From NCBI RefSeq assembly GCF_011386835.1, contig NC_088810.1:23374001-23438000 (forward strand): DNA of 64,000 nt, read 5' to 3'. Both the position numbers and the translations under genes were made by a program. The notes beneath the pieces were generated by a model. That model searched no databases. It had not been told where the DNA came from and saw only the letters and a program-made list of their open reading frames with translations. Every line of letters starts with the position of its first letter. Position 1 is the first letter of the stretch. Shown here one piece after another: positions 1 through 12,093 of the stretch. The DNA is from Chrysemys picta bellii. Taxonomy: Eukaryota.

Positions 1-1354
1 CAAGACATATTGCAAACCTTATCTTCTAAAAGAGTGTAGCAGGGATGAAGCACGTGCTTAGCCTGTGGTGGGAGGAGTCAGAAGTATTGGGTTGTATTTC
101 TGTTTCTGCAACTCACACCCGTGCAACCTTCACCTCAATGTGCTTCTTTTTTTATACCTATAAAACTGGGATAGTAAGGATGTTAAGACTGGAAATTGTT
201 CAGCGTTCTTAGAACTCAAGATATCAAAGCACCTAAGAACACTCATTGGTGTTTCGTAAATGCGATTGTATTTTTAGAATATTATTAAATATTTTTGGGA
301 TTAGATGCCTCTGCATTGACTAATAGAATCACGTAAAAAAATAGAGGTCAAGATCTCTCATCTCATTCTTTTAATAAGGACAAGATTTAAAGCTACAGCA
401 TTTGGGGATTGTTTTCTGCAACATGGCCTATAGCTGGTCAGATTTTATGTCATATCTCATACCACAGCACTCTCCTCCTTTACCAAGACTCCATGATTTC
501 AACCTCTCCTGGGCTTCTTCCAGGCTTCGTCAGCTGCATTATCTTGCAAGACCTCAGTTTCTTGTCAGCTCAGTCACAGAGAGACGGTTTCTGAGGTAGT
601 ACAACTTTCACAGCTTAACTCAAAACCTTTCTGTAGAAGAGCACTGCTTCCTTTCACTCCCTACCATCCCTTCCCCTGACCCATAAGTAAATCAACTCTA
701 GGCATCCCTCTGAGACAGCATTGGTGACACAAGTGGAGGTCCAATCCTAGGTCAGATTTGAATAACTGTAGAGTGAAATTCACTCCCAGGCAGAGGGTCA
801 TCAGAAAGGCTCGTACTATACTTAAGTCCTTGCTAAGATGTAGTTTGAAAGTTTAAAGTAGAACTAAAGTTTTCCATAGGCATTGTTCTATCCCCCTGCC
901 AAAGGGTGAATTTGAGACTGAAGGCCATGGAATATTTCCGATTGATTACGAAGGGAATTGGATCTGAGATGGGGATGGAGGTCGTGAGAATGCAGAAAAA
1001 TAGATCTCTGCTTCCTAGCAAGATTATAATGAAATATCCCGTGCCCCTAACAATGACCTGTATGAACTGAAAGGACCAAAGGGGATATCTGCTCATGACA
1101 GCCAGTTGTGCTACTGATGCAGTCCTGAATCACCTTGACATGCATTCTCATTCCACCACCAAGAAAGTCAGTGGAATGACACAACGAATGCAGACTGCAA
1201 CGTGCATTCTTAGGATTATCCCAGTAATCCCAAACCCTGAGAAAACAGCATGTTCAAAAGGAGGATTTACCGAGGCAATCAAGTTTGTTTGGTAACTAAT
1301 TGGGAACTCCTGTAAGAGACGCATCACAAATCCTCCAGGCAGTCCTAGAAACTG

Positions 1355-1428
1355 TATAAAAGCATTCACGGCTCAGATCTCCTCTAAACGCTTCTTTGGA
1401 CTTCATCCCCTCGGTGAACTGGGTAAGT
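1355..1428 (+). promoter_or_regulatory. TATA box, non-coding exon 1 and splice donor of CBP 2477
   Basis: TATAAAA 1355-1361; donor GG|GTAAGT at 1423, 68 nt after the TATA start. Same spacing in all paralogs. Confidence 0.8.
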
Positions 1429-2476
1429 CCGATTCGACTCACTCTCTTTCTAACCCAAGAGCTGTCACAGCAGGGTCCATTTTCATTTAAGACACAATCT
1501 TGCACATTTTCTCTGTGATTTTTAACAGGGAATAGGGTGTTCTTCCATAATTATCTTGTGTAATTTGAAGCCAAAGTTGGGGATTTTAGGAGCACCATAT
1601 GCAACCAGGAAACATATTTCCTATTCACTGGATATAGAATTAGGGCATTTAAATCTTTAAAGTAACATAAGAAAGTCCCTCAGCCATTTTTAGCTTGGAT
1701 AGATTAGGAAGAAACTTTGCCACCTTCATCCATAAATGGGCAATTCAGGGGTTTTCTTTATTCTGAAGTAGCTGTTACTCTTAACTATTGGAGCCAGGAG
1801 AATTATTAAGGTGACAACTGGTGTGATCCAGTTTAGCAATTTCTACATTCTTATGAACAGAAATACCCATTGAAGATGCTTTTCCTCAGATGGTGTAATT
1901 TATTGTTACTCCATGAAAGCCATTTTACCAGAGTAAAAGGTCTGAGGATCCTGTCCTTAGTGATTTATTTGGAGAAAGAAAAAGTTTCTGTTCCTTCATT
2001 AGCAAGTATTGGTGACTCCCAAGGTTTAGAAAACCAAAGAGCCACACCCTGACACTGGACACAACGGGTTTGCATGCAGAGGTTGAATCCTCAAAGGAAA
2101 GGAAAAGATCAGCATTATCCCCGCCATGTTCTCTTTGAGAAATGGCTATAATGGATACAGCATACCAGGTATCCTTCAAAGAAATAATGACACTTATTCC
2201 AGGTGGTGTTTATCAGACAGGTCATTGAGAGGGTTTCAAAGGGGACAATTGGGAGGTAAGTTTAGTGGGAGTGGATAAAAGGCATAGAAATAGGAAATAG
2301 GAACAAAAACATAGCCACAAATATAGGGTCTAAGTGCACTCCTCCTCTCTCTCTCGGGCCCCACGTAGACCTCACTACTATAGTAACTGAGGTTTGAGTC
2401 CTTTCCACTGTCATTGGAACCTTTTCTTTACTCTATTCCCTGTTGTGTGATTCAGGTTTATCTCCATCACAGAAAG

Positions 2477-2983
2477 ATGTCTTGCTCCAGCCTGTGCTAT
2501 CCAGAATGCGGGGTGGCCCGTCCCAGTCCAGTTTCTGGCAGCTGCAACGAGCCATGCGTTAGGCAGTGCCCTGACTCTGAAGTCATCATCAGACCATCAC
2601 CGGTTGTCGTAACCATCCCAGGACCAATTCTCAGCAATTTCCCCCAGCAGAGTGAAGTGGGAGCCGTTGGAGCACCTGTGGTCGGAGCCGGCTACGGGGG
2701 CTCATTCGGTTTGGGGGGATTGTATGGCTATGGAGGCCATTACGGAGGATTGTATGGTTATGGGGGATTAGGTGGTTACGGGGGCCATTATGGTTACGGG
2801 GGATTGAGTGGTTACGGGGGATTGTGTGGTTACGGGGGCCGTTATGGTTATGGAGGATTGAGTGGTTACGGCGGCCGTTATGGTGGACTGTGTGGTTACG
2901 GGGGAGGTTACGGTTACGGGGGAGCATGCGGTTCCGGGGTATCTTGCCATAGGTACCTGAGTGGAAGCTGTACACCATGTTAA
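2477..2983 (+). CDS. Corneous beta-protein (beta-keratin), 168 aa, 'A-type' upstream region
   Basis: [57 protein letters not shown] core box, then a Gly/Tyr tail ending [16 protein letters not shown] at 2477 lies 21 nt after the acceptor TTCAG (intron 1423-2455). Confidence 0.95.
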   Translation: MSCSSLCYPECGVARPSPVSGSCNEPCVRQCPDSEVIIRPSPVVVTIPGPILSNFPQQSEVGAVGAPVVGAGYGGSFGLGGLYGYGGHYGGLYGYGGLGGYGGHYGYGGLSGYGGLCGYGGRYGYGGLSGYGGRYGGLCGYGGGYGYGGACGSGVSCHRYLSGSCTPC

Positions 2984-3473
2984 ACCCTGCAGGAATATCA
3001 ATGGTAAAAGAACAAACCAGGAAATGAACAACAAGCTAGAGATTCAGACAGAGAAGTGCTGGGCAGGCATGGCTCCACTTGAATTCAATGCGAACTGTGT
3101 CTGCTCAGCCCCTTTATCTCATTGACCGATTGCTAATATTATGCTCATAAACTCTTTCTGCCAATGCTTTCCCAACCACCTGCTTATTCTCCTAGTCACA
3201 TGTGGACTCATTCTGAATTGCACTCAGGCTGTTTGCACTAACCCCGCAGTGTGAAGGAAACAGGGGCCTTAACACAGGCATCAGTTGTACTTCTTATCAC
3301 TTTAATTTGTTTGTCCAACTCTGTACCTGCAGCAAAGGAAAAAGAACATCTTGCCTCAAATGCATCCCAAGGAAGCGGGTGATCGGTCCCAGACCTTTTG
3401 GAAATATTTGAAATAAATCCTTTCCGCTCTGTATTTTTTGTTTCTGTAACTATGAATTGCAAATTTCATTCTC

Positions 3474-3479
3474 ATTAAA
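3474..3479 (+). other. Candidate polyadenylation signal ATTAAA of CBP 2477
   Basis: ATTAAA occurs at the homologous position in the 3' flanks of the young CBP copies and of the EDAA-like gene (59587-59592, minus). An AATAAA at 3412 is not conserved in B-type copies. Confidence 0.35.
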
Positions 3480-4498
3480 AACTATGCTGCATCATAATAT
3501 CGATCTTCTGGTTCTCCTTGTTCCTCCCTCCTTGTTTAAAAATCGTGCTGGAGGAAATTCCTCCCTGTATAGCCGGCAGCACCAGGCACTTCTAAGTTGC
3601 AACTTTCGAAGGCATGGAGTGATAGGAGAATAAAGCCCTTAAAGTGGTTCAAAGTATTATTCAGGCCGTCTGCACAGGGGTGGAGTTCTTCCTCACATTA
3701 TCCGTGTAGCAAAAAGCCTTTTCCTGCTAAGACTTACACAGATTTTCAGTTTAAAATGTCAATATTTCCTTCGATTTCAAATAGACCAATCACATGGTTC
3801 GTGGAAAGTGTCTGTCTTAATCTTCGCTGGATTGCGACCCAGATTTTCAGAAGGAAAAGAAAATTGGCCATCCCTAAAGACAAATTACACTACACCAAAG
3901 TCAGGATCTTCATTGTGATATCAAGAGATTAGTACACTGACCAGTACTTCAATACAGGAATCTCATGGTTTTTTAGGAAACTGTTCCTCACTGCACTCCA
4001 TAGTACCAGTTACCATTTTTATACAACCCCCCAGGGTGCACCATAGCTTGATATTGCAGGAACTGCACATACCAAGACTGCATTTTCTGCTATTTTCTTC
4101 AACATTTTCATGGCTCTCAGTTCCTAGAAGATGAATATTTTCTACTGATTAAAGAAAGGTATTTGCTTAGTGGTTGGTATGTACGTTTGAGCAGACTAGA
4201 ATTATCTGGTACCATCATTTTTCCCATTTGAATTCAATATTGATAGTTTTATTCTTGCACTGCGCATTAACAAGCTTGAAATGTACACACTTGTAATTCC
4301 TTTGGACAATTATTATCCTCATGTATGAAGAAGGCTATGTTAAAGAGACGTCCCACCCTGGTCCTCGTTTCACAAATCTGAAAGAAGTCATTACCATTGG
4401 GTCACAGTGCAGATGGTGACTTCATCCCAATGGGTGTTATGCGTTAAAGCAAGATTTTGACGCTTGAATTATGTACTGTGATTTGCAGTGCTAACACT

Positions 4499-6122
4499 CA
4501 AGGAAAAGAGAGAAATTGACAGACTTGTAATTCCTTTGGAGAGTGTTGTCCTCAAGTATAAAGAAGAAACAATTAAAGTGGTTCAAACGTTAGTCATTTT
4601 TTTATCGTGGATTCTTAGATCTAAGGATGTACACACTATTTCACAAGACCTGTTACTAATGTTGTCTTGTAATAGAGTCTAACAGGGATGAACCTCGAGC
4701 TTGAACTGTGGTAGGGGGAATCAGAACTATTGGGTTATACTTTTGTTTCTGCACCTGACACCCGTGTGACCTTCATCTCCATGTGCCTATTCTTCTATGC
4801 TGATAAAACAAGGAGAGTAAGCATGTTAAGGCTGGAAGTTCTTCAGCATTCTCAGAACTCAAGATTTCAAAGCACCTCGTAAACATTCATTGGTGTTTCA
4901 CACATAAAAAGGGTTGTATTCTTAGAAGATTAATAAATTGTTCCTGGGATTAGACGCCTGTGCAATAGAGTCACTTAAAAAAAAATAGAGGCCAAGGTCT
5001 CTCATGTCATTCCTTTAATCAGGTCACGATTGAAAGCCAAAGAATTTGGGGATATTTTATTTTCATTCTAATGTAATTTTACATTTGGTGTATTTATAGG
5101 AAAATGAAGGTGCTTTCTTGGTGTTAATCAGCACAGTTGCTTCAAATTGAAAGAAGTTCAGGGTCTTAAAGTCCTTCAAGGAAAGCAAGACATTTCTGCC
5201 TTCTTCCCTGGATATAGAATGTACTGCTAGAGATATATTTTACACTTAAAACAACATTCTGGTTCTTGCAGGAATGGTTTATGCAACATAACCTATGGCT
5301 AGTCGGACTCTATGTCAAATAACAGCCAACAGCCCTTTCCTCCTTCACCTATAATCCATGATTTCCATCTCTCCTGGGCTTCTGCCAGGCCTTAGTCAGC
5401 TGCATTATCTTGCAAGACCTTAGTTTCTTGTCAGCTCAGTCATAGAGAGATGGTTTCTAACAAAGTACAAATTCAACCATTTAACTCAAAAATTTTGTAG
5501 AAAAGAGCAGTACTTCCTTTAACTCCCCACTATCCCTTCCATTCACCCAGGAGCAAATCTGGTCTAGGCAACCCTTTGAGATAGCATTGGTGACCCAAGT
5601 GGAGGTCCAATATTAGATCAAGTTTTAATCACCCTAAGGTGAAATTCACCTCTGGGCAGAGGGCCATCACAAAGACCCAGGCTCCACTGAAGTCCCTGAT
5701 AAGACATAGTTTGAAAGTTTAAAGTGGGGCAAAAGTTGTCCATAGGCATCGTAATATCCCTCTGCCAAAAGGTGAATCTGAGACTTAAGGTCACGAAAGG
5801 AAAGACACTGAAGGCAATGGAATGATTCAGATTGTTTTACGAGGTAATCGGATCTCACCCGTTGGGGATGGAGTTTTTGAGAAGGCAGAAAAATGGCTCT
5901 TTGCTTCCTAGCAAGTTTATAATGAGCTGTCCAATGCCCCTAACTATGACCCGCATGAACTGAAAGGACCAAAGTGGATTTCTGCTCATGACAGCCAATT
6001 CTGCTGATGATGCAATTCTGAATCACCTCGACATGCATTCTCATTGCACCACTAAGAAAGTCATTGGAATGATCCTAGGAACGCAGATTGCAACGTGCAT
6101 GTCACTCCATTTGAGGCTGAGA
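4499..6122 (+). repeat. Left arm of the inverted repeat flanking CBP 7498 (gene-less copy of the B-type upstream region)
   Basis: Reverse complement of 8756-10249, apart from a ~130 bp indel. Stops ~140 bp short of where the TATA box would be. Confidence 0.85.
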
Positions 6123-6967
6123 AGGCATGTAGTCTTACCATGAACCATGTGACTGGTCCTTTTGAAATCAAAAGAAATATTTACATTCTTAAAGTGAAAA
6201 TCTGTGTAAGTCTTAGCAGGAAAAGACTTTTTGCTAAACAGATAATGCAAGGAAGAACTCCACCCCCGTGCAGAGGGCCTGAATAATGCTATGAACCATT
6301 TTATGGGCTTTATTATCCTATCACTGCATGCCTTCGAAAGTTGCAGCTTGAGAGGTGTATGGTACTGCCGGCTCTACAGGGATGAATTTTCTCCAGCATG
6401 ATTTTTAAACTAGGAGTGAGGAACAAGGAAAACCAGATGACCGATATTATGATGCAGCATAGTTTTTAATATGAATGAAATTTGCAATACACAGTTACAG
6501 AAAAAAATAATACAGAGCAGAAAGGATGCATTTCAAGTATTTCCGAAAGGGCTGGGACCGATCACCCGCTTCCTCGGGATGCATTTGAGGCAAGATGTTC
6601 TTTTCCCTTTGTTGCAGATGCAGAGTTGGACAAACAAATTAAAGTGATAATAAAGACAACTGATGCCTGGGTTAAGGCCCCTGTTTCCTTCACACTGCGG
6701 GGTTAGTGCAAACAGCCTGAGTGTAATTCAGAATGAGTCCACGCGAGACTAAGAGAATAAGCGCATGGTTGGGAAAGCATTGGCAGAAAGTGTTTACAGG
6801 CATAATATTAGCAATCGGTCTATGATCGAAAGGGGCTGAGCAGACACAGTTCGCATTGAATTCAAGTGGAGCCATGCCTGCCCAGCACTTCTGAAATCTC
6901 TGTCTGAATCTCTAGCTTGTTGTTCATTTCCTGGTCTTTTCTTTTACCATTGATATTCCTGCAGGGT

Positions 6968-7498
6968 TTAACATGGTGTACAGCTTCCACTCAGGTACCT
7001 ATGGCAAGATACCCCGGAACCGCATGCTCCCCCGTAACCGTAACCTCCCCCGTAACCTCCTCCGTAACCACACAGTCCACCGTAACCACTCAATCCCCCG
7101 TAACCATAACGGCCCCCGTAACCACACAATCCACCATAACCTCCCCCGTAACCACACAATCCCCCATAACCTCCCCCGTAACCATAACGGCCCCCGTAAC
7201 CACCTAGTCCCCCATAACCATACAATCCCCCGTAATGGCCTCCATAGCCATACAATCCCCCTAAACCGAATGAGCCCCCGTAGCCGGCTCCGACCACAGG
7301 TGCTCCAACAGCTCCCACTTCACTCTGCTGAGGGAAATTGCTGAGAATTGGTCCTGGGATGGTTACGACAACCGGTGATGGTCTGATGATGACTTCAGAG
7401 TCAGGGCACTGCCTAACGCACGGCTCGTTGCAGCTGCCAGAAACTGGACTGGGTCGGGCCACCCCGCATTCTGGATAGCACAGGCTGGAACAAGACAT
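6968..7498 (-). CDS. Corneous beta-protein, 176 aa, 'B-type' upstream region
   Basis: Same core box and Gly/Tyr tail; ATG at 7498; intron 7520-8548. Confidence 0.95.
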   Translation of the reverse strand: MSCSSLCYPECGVARPSPVSGSCNEPCVRQCPDSEVIIRPSPVVVTIPGPILSNFPQQSEVGAVGAPVVGAGYGGSFGLGGLYGYGGHYGGLYGYGGLGGYGGRYGYGGGYGGLCGYGGGYGGLCGYGGRYGYGGLSGYGGLCGYGGGYGGGYGYGGACGSGVSCHRYLSGSCTPC

Positions 7499-8542
7499 CT
7501 TTCTGTGATGGAGGTAAACCTGAAACACACAACAGGGACTAGAGTAAAGAAAAGGTACCAGTGTCAGTGGAAGAAAGGACTCAAACCTTGGTTACTATTG
7601 TAGTGAGGTCACCGTGGGGCCCGAGAGAGAGGAGGAGTAGATTTAGACCCTGTGTTCGTGGCTATGTATTTGTTCCTATTTCCTCTTTCTATACCTCTTA
7701 TCTACTCACACTAAACTTCCCTCCTCATGGGCCCCTTTGAACCCTATTTCATTGACGGACCCCTGGTATTCGCTGTCCATTATAGACATTTCTCAGAGAG
7801 AACATGACTGGGATACTGCTATCATTTCTTTTCCTTTGACGATTCAATCTCTGCATACAAACCAGTGGAGTCCAGGGTCAGAGTGTGGCTTATTGGTTTT
7901 CTAAACCTTGGGAGTCCCCAATACTTGCTGATGAATAAACAGAAACTTTTCTTTTCTCCAAATAAATCACTAAGACAAGATCCTCAGCTCTGGTAAACTG
8001 GGTTCAGATCCACTGACTTCCATGGAGTGACCCTAAATTACATCATCTGAGGAGAAGGATCTTCAGTGGGTATTTCTGCTCATAAGAACGTTGGAATTCC
8101 TAGACTGGATCACACCATTTGTCAGTTTAATCATTCTCCTGCCACCAATACTAAGGAATAAGAGCTACTTCAGAATAAAGTAGAAGACCCCTAAATTGGC
8201 CGTGTAGGGGCTAAACTGGGAAGGTTTCTTCCTAATCTAGCCAAGAGAAAAATGGCTAAGAAAGTTTCTAAAGTTAATTTAAAGATTTAAATTCCCTATT
8301 TCGATTTCCAGTTAATAGGAAATATGTTTCTCAATTGCATCTGGTGCTCCTAAACTCCCCACCGTTGGCTTCAAATCATGGATCCACCACAACTTGCTAC
8401 TGAATATCTACACAAGAGAATTATGGAACAACACTGTCATTCCTGATAAAAATCACAGCGAATATGTGCAAGATTCAGTCTTAAATGGAAATGGATCCTA
8501 CTGTGACATCTCTTGGGTTAGAAAGAGATTGAGTCGAATTGG

Positions 8543-8616
8543 ACTTACCCAGTTGACCGAGGAGCTGAAGTCCAGAGAAGTGTTTAGAAGAACCCTGAGT
8601 CGTGAGTGCTTTTATA
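8543..8616 (-). promoter_or_regulatory. TATA box, exon 1 and donor of CBP 7498
   Basis: TATAAAA at 8616-8610; GTAAGT donor starting at 8548. Confidence 0.8.
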
Positions 8617-8755
8617 CAGTTTCTAGGACTGCCTGGAGGATCTGCGTTGCGTTTTATACAGGAAGTCCCAATTAGTTACCAAACAATCTTAATGGCCTTG
8701 TTAAATCCTCCTTTTGATGGAGCTGTTTTCTCAGGGTTTGGGAGTATTGGGCTAA

Positions 8756-10249
8756 TCTCAGCCTCAAAAGGAGTGACATGCATGTTGCAATCTGCATTCT
8801 TAGTATCATTCCAATGACTTTCTTGGTGGTGCAATGAGAATGCATGTCGAGGTGATTTAGAATTGCATAAGCAGCACAATTGGCTGTCATGAGCAGAAAT
8901 CCACTTTGGTCCTTTCAGTTCATGTGGGTCATAGTTAGGGGCATTGGACGTTTCATTATAAACTTGCTAGGAAGCAAAGAGCCATTTTTCTGCCTTCTCA
9001 AAAGCTCCATCCCCAACGGGTGAGATCCGATTCCCTCGGAAAACAATCAGTATCATTCCATTGCCTTCAGGGTCTTTCCTGTTGTGACCTTAAGTCTCAC
9101 ATTCACCTTTTGGCAGAGGGATAGTACGATGCCTATGGACAACTTCAGCCCCACTTTAAACTTTCAAACTATGTCTTAGCAGGGACTTCAGTGGAGCATG
9201 GGCCTTTGTGATGGCCCTCTGCCCAGAGGTGAATTTCACCAAAGGGTGATTAAACCTTGATCTAACATTGGACCTCCACTTGTGTCACCAATGCTATCTC
9301 AAAGGGTTGCCTAGACCAGATTTGCTCGTGGGTCAATGGAAGGGATAGTGGGGAGTTAAAGGAAGCACTGCTCTTTTCTAGAAAGCTTTTGAGTTAAATG
9401 GTTGAATTTGTACTCTGTTAGAAACCATCTCTCTATGACTGAGCTGACAAGAAACTGAGGTCTTGCAAGATAATGCAGCTGACTAAGGCCTGGCAGAAGC
9501 CCAGGAGAGATGGAAATCATGGATTATGGGTGAAGGAAGAAAGGGCTGTTGGCTGTGATTTGACATAGAGTCCGACCAGCCATAGGTTATGTTGCATAAA
9601 CCATTCCTGCAAGAACCAGAATGTTGTTTTAAGTGTAAAATATATCTCTAGCAGTACATTCTGTATCCAGGGAAGAAGGCAGAAATGTCTTCCTTTGACT
9701 TTAAGACCCTGAACTTCTTTCAATTTGAAGCAACTGTGCTGATTAACACCAAGAAAGCACCTTCATTTTCCTATAAATACACCAAATGTAAAATTACATT
9801 AGAATGAAAATGAAATATCCCCAAATTCTTTGGCTTTGAATCGTGACCTGATTAAAGGAATGACATGAGAGACCTTGGCCTCTATTTATTTTTTAAGTCA
9901 CTCTATTACTCATTGCACAGGCGTCTAATCCCAGGAACAATTTACTAATCTTCTAAGAATACAGCCCTTTTTATGTGTGAAACACCAATGAATGTTTACG
10001 AAGTGCTTTGAACCCAATAGTTCTGATCCTCCCTACCACAGTTCAAGCTCGAGGTTCGTCCCTGTCAGACTCTATTACAAGACAACATTAGTAACTGGTC
10101 TTGTTAAATAGTGTGTGCATCCTTGGATCTAAGCATCCACGATAAAAAAATGACTAACATTTGATCCACATTAATTGTTTCTTCTTTATACTTGAGGACA
10201 ACACTCTCCAAAGGAATTACAAGTCTGTCAATTTCTCTCTTTTCCTTGC
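8756..10249 (-). repeat. Right arm of the inverted repeat flanking CBP 7498 (its true upstream region)
   Basis: Inverted copy of 4499-6122. Confidence 0.85.
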
Positions 10250-10801
10250 ACAAGTGATTGTAGGTGGAGAGCCTCATGTGGTCTCACTTAGGGTGGCTCC
10301 CATGAAGTCAATGGAACAGCGCATATTTAGACCAGCTGAGGAAGTGGTGTTTTGATTTTTTTAAAAAGCCAAACACTTCCCTTCCTTGATCAGCAAGTGT
10401 TGGTGACACACTGAGGTTTATACTCCAAATCAGCACATTATCATGCTGTCCTGAACTCATTTCTAGTTAGAGGTTACATCCTAACAAGGAAAATGGCATT
10501 ATTAATGCTATCCCAGCCAAGTTCTGTGTTATAATTTTAATGGACTGAAAATCCCAAGCATTAGTGATAGAAATTATATACTGCTTAGAGACAGGGTTAT
10601 TTCGGACAAAGAAAATAACAGGGATTCAAAATAGCTAGTTCTTTCTTTCTTTCACTCTCCTTCTGTCTCTCTCTTTAGGTGTCTATGTGACCTCAATTGA
10701 ATTAGGAGCTCAATATAAAATGTTTTATTCCACTTGCCCACACACATTAAATTTACTCTCTTCCCTGCTGTGTGTCTCTGATTTATCGCCACTGCAGAAA
10801 G

Positions 10802-11198
10802 ATGTGTTGTTTCACAAATGCGTGGAGTGACACTCCACAAAGCACGTGTGGACAGCTTCAACAGGCCTTACATAAGGTCGTGCCCTGAGCCCACAGTGTT
10901 GATCCAACCACCCCTCGCTGTCATGACCTTCTGAGGACCAATTCTCAGTTCTTTCCCTCAGGAAAGCGTAGTGGGATCTTCAGCAGAAGCTGACATTAGA
11001 AGTGGTGATGGGGGTGTATGTCGTGATAGAGCCTTATAACGTTATGGAGACTTATATGGTTGGGGGGGTCCCTGTGGTTACGGGACATGACATGGTTATC
11101 GGGGTCCATATGGTTAGGAGAGATTCTATGGTTACAAGGTACCATATGGTTGTGGGAGGAATATAGGGTTGTGGGGGTAGTGATGGGGCCATAGGTAA
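10802..11198 (+). pseudogene. Divergent CBP pseudogene ('C-type'), copy 1
   Basis: Decayed core box ...[42 protein letters not shown]. Frameshift after the ATG, TGA in the core, further stops in the tail. The ancestral TAA aligns with the CBP stop context. Confidence 0.85.
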
Positions 11199-11996
11199 AC
11201 CCAGTAGGCATATCCAAAGAAAAAGGAAGAACCAGGAAATGAACAGCAAGATGCAGATTGAGGTTTTAGCGCATAGCCCTAGTTTTGAGAATTGCCGAGT
11301 ACATCGAACTCTTTGTGAAATAATAAAAGAGCTGCATTTAACCAACACCTCTGCAAACATGCCTAATGTTTCCCATATTTCACATGATGGGTCTTTCTTC
11401 TAATGCCTGCCTGGCTATTTGCTTCCTCTATTATCAACACAGTGGGCCCTGATGATGCAGAGAGAATGGTGCTTGCAATACTCTGGAGCAAATTCCGACT
11501 GAGATGGATTTACTGCATTTCTACAAGCTTGGCAAGGATATAAACTCTTGTGCTTCAGGGTATCATCCAATAATGGAGGTAGATCGGATTGACGGGGGAT
11601 AATGAAAAAGTTCCTCTATGGGCAGGTGATCCCATACCTGTGTTCTACGGGGTTTCTTGCACCTCCCTGTGAAGCCTCTGGCACTCACCACTGTGGGAGA
11701 GAGGCCTGATTTGCTGCAGCAATGCCTGTGTTCTTCCATACCAAGGAAGGGTCATTAGGTGTATTCTGACATTGAGGAATAGAGCTGTATTGCCCTTAAA
11801 TAAAACCCGGTGGCAGATGGCTAAATCTCCCCTCATTGTGTGAGTATTACATCATATCATTGAAGAGTCAGGAAGGTCTGGATACATTTTTCCTTTTGTG
11901 TTGTTAAATCAAAAATTTGATCTGTGGAAAATATTCATCTACTGGGAACTGAGAGCCATGAAAATGTTGAAGAAAAGCATAGTAGAAAATGCAAGT

Positions 11997-12093
11997 CACA
12001 TGCGTCTGATGAAGTGGGCATTCACCCACGAAAGCTTATGCTCCAATACTTCTGTTAGTCTTAACGGTGCCACAGGACCCTCTGTTGCTTTTT
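11997..12093 (+). mobile_element. ~100 bp Penelope-like terminal-repeat fragment with hammerhead-like core
   Basis: CTGATGA-A-GTGGG/CCCAC-GAAA-GC-TTAT-GC-TC followed by TTAGTCTTAACGGTGCCACA. Same layout as the end of the GIY-YIG element at 44242-44400. Confidence 0.7.

Noticed and set aside
2414-2476. N-terminal extensions in the ORF track (e.g. [21 protein letters not shown]), also at the other CBPs and EDAA
   Set aside because: They run through the polypyrimidine tract and splice acceptor and use non-ATG starts. The true start is the ATG 21 nt after the acceptor.
2631-3034. Antisense ORFs over CBP genes ([16 protein letters not shown]..., MLFISW...VTTQSP...), repeated at every copy
   Set aside because: Shadow frames of GGN/TAY repeat codons on the opposite strand; no own promoter or splice evidence.
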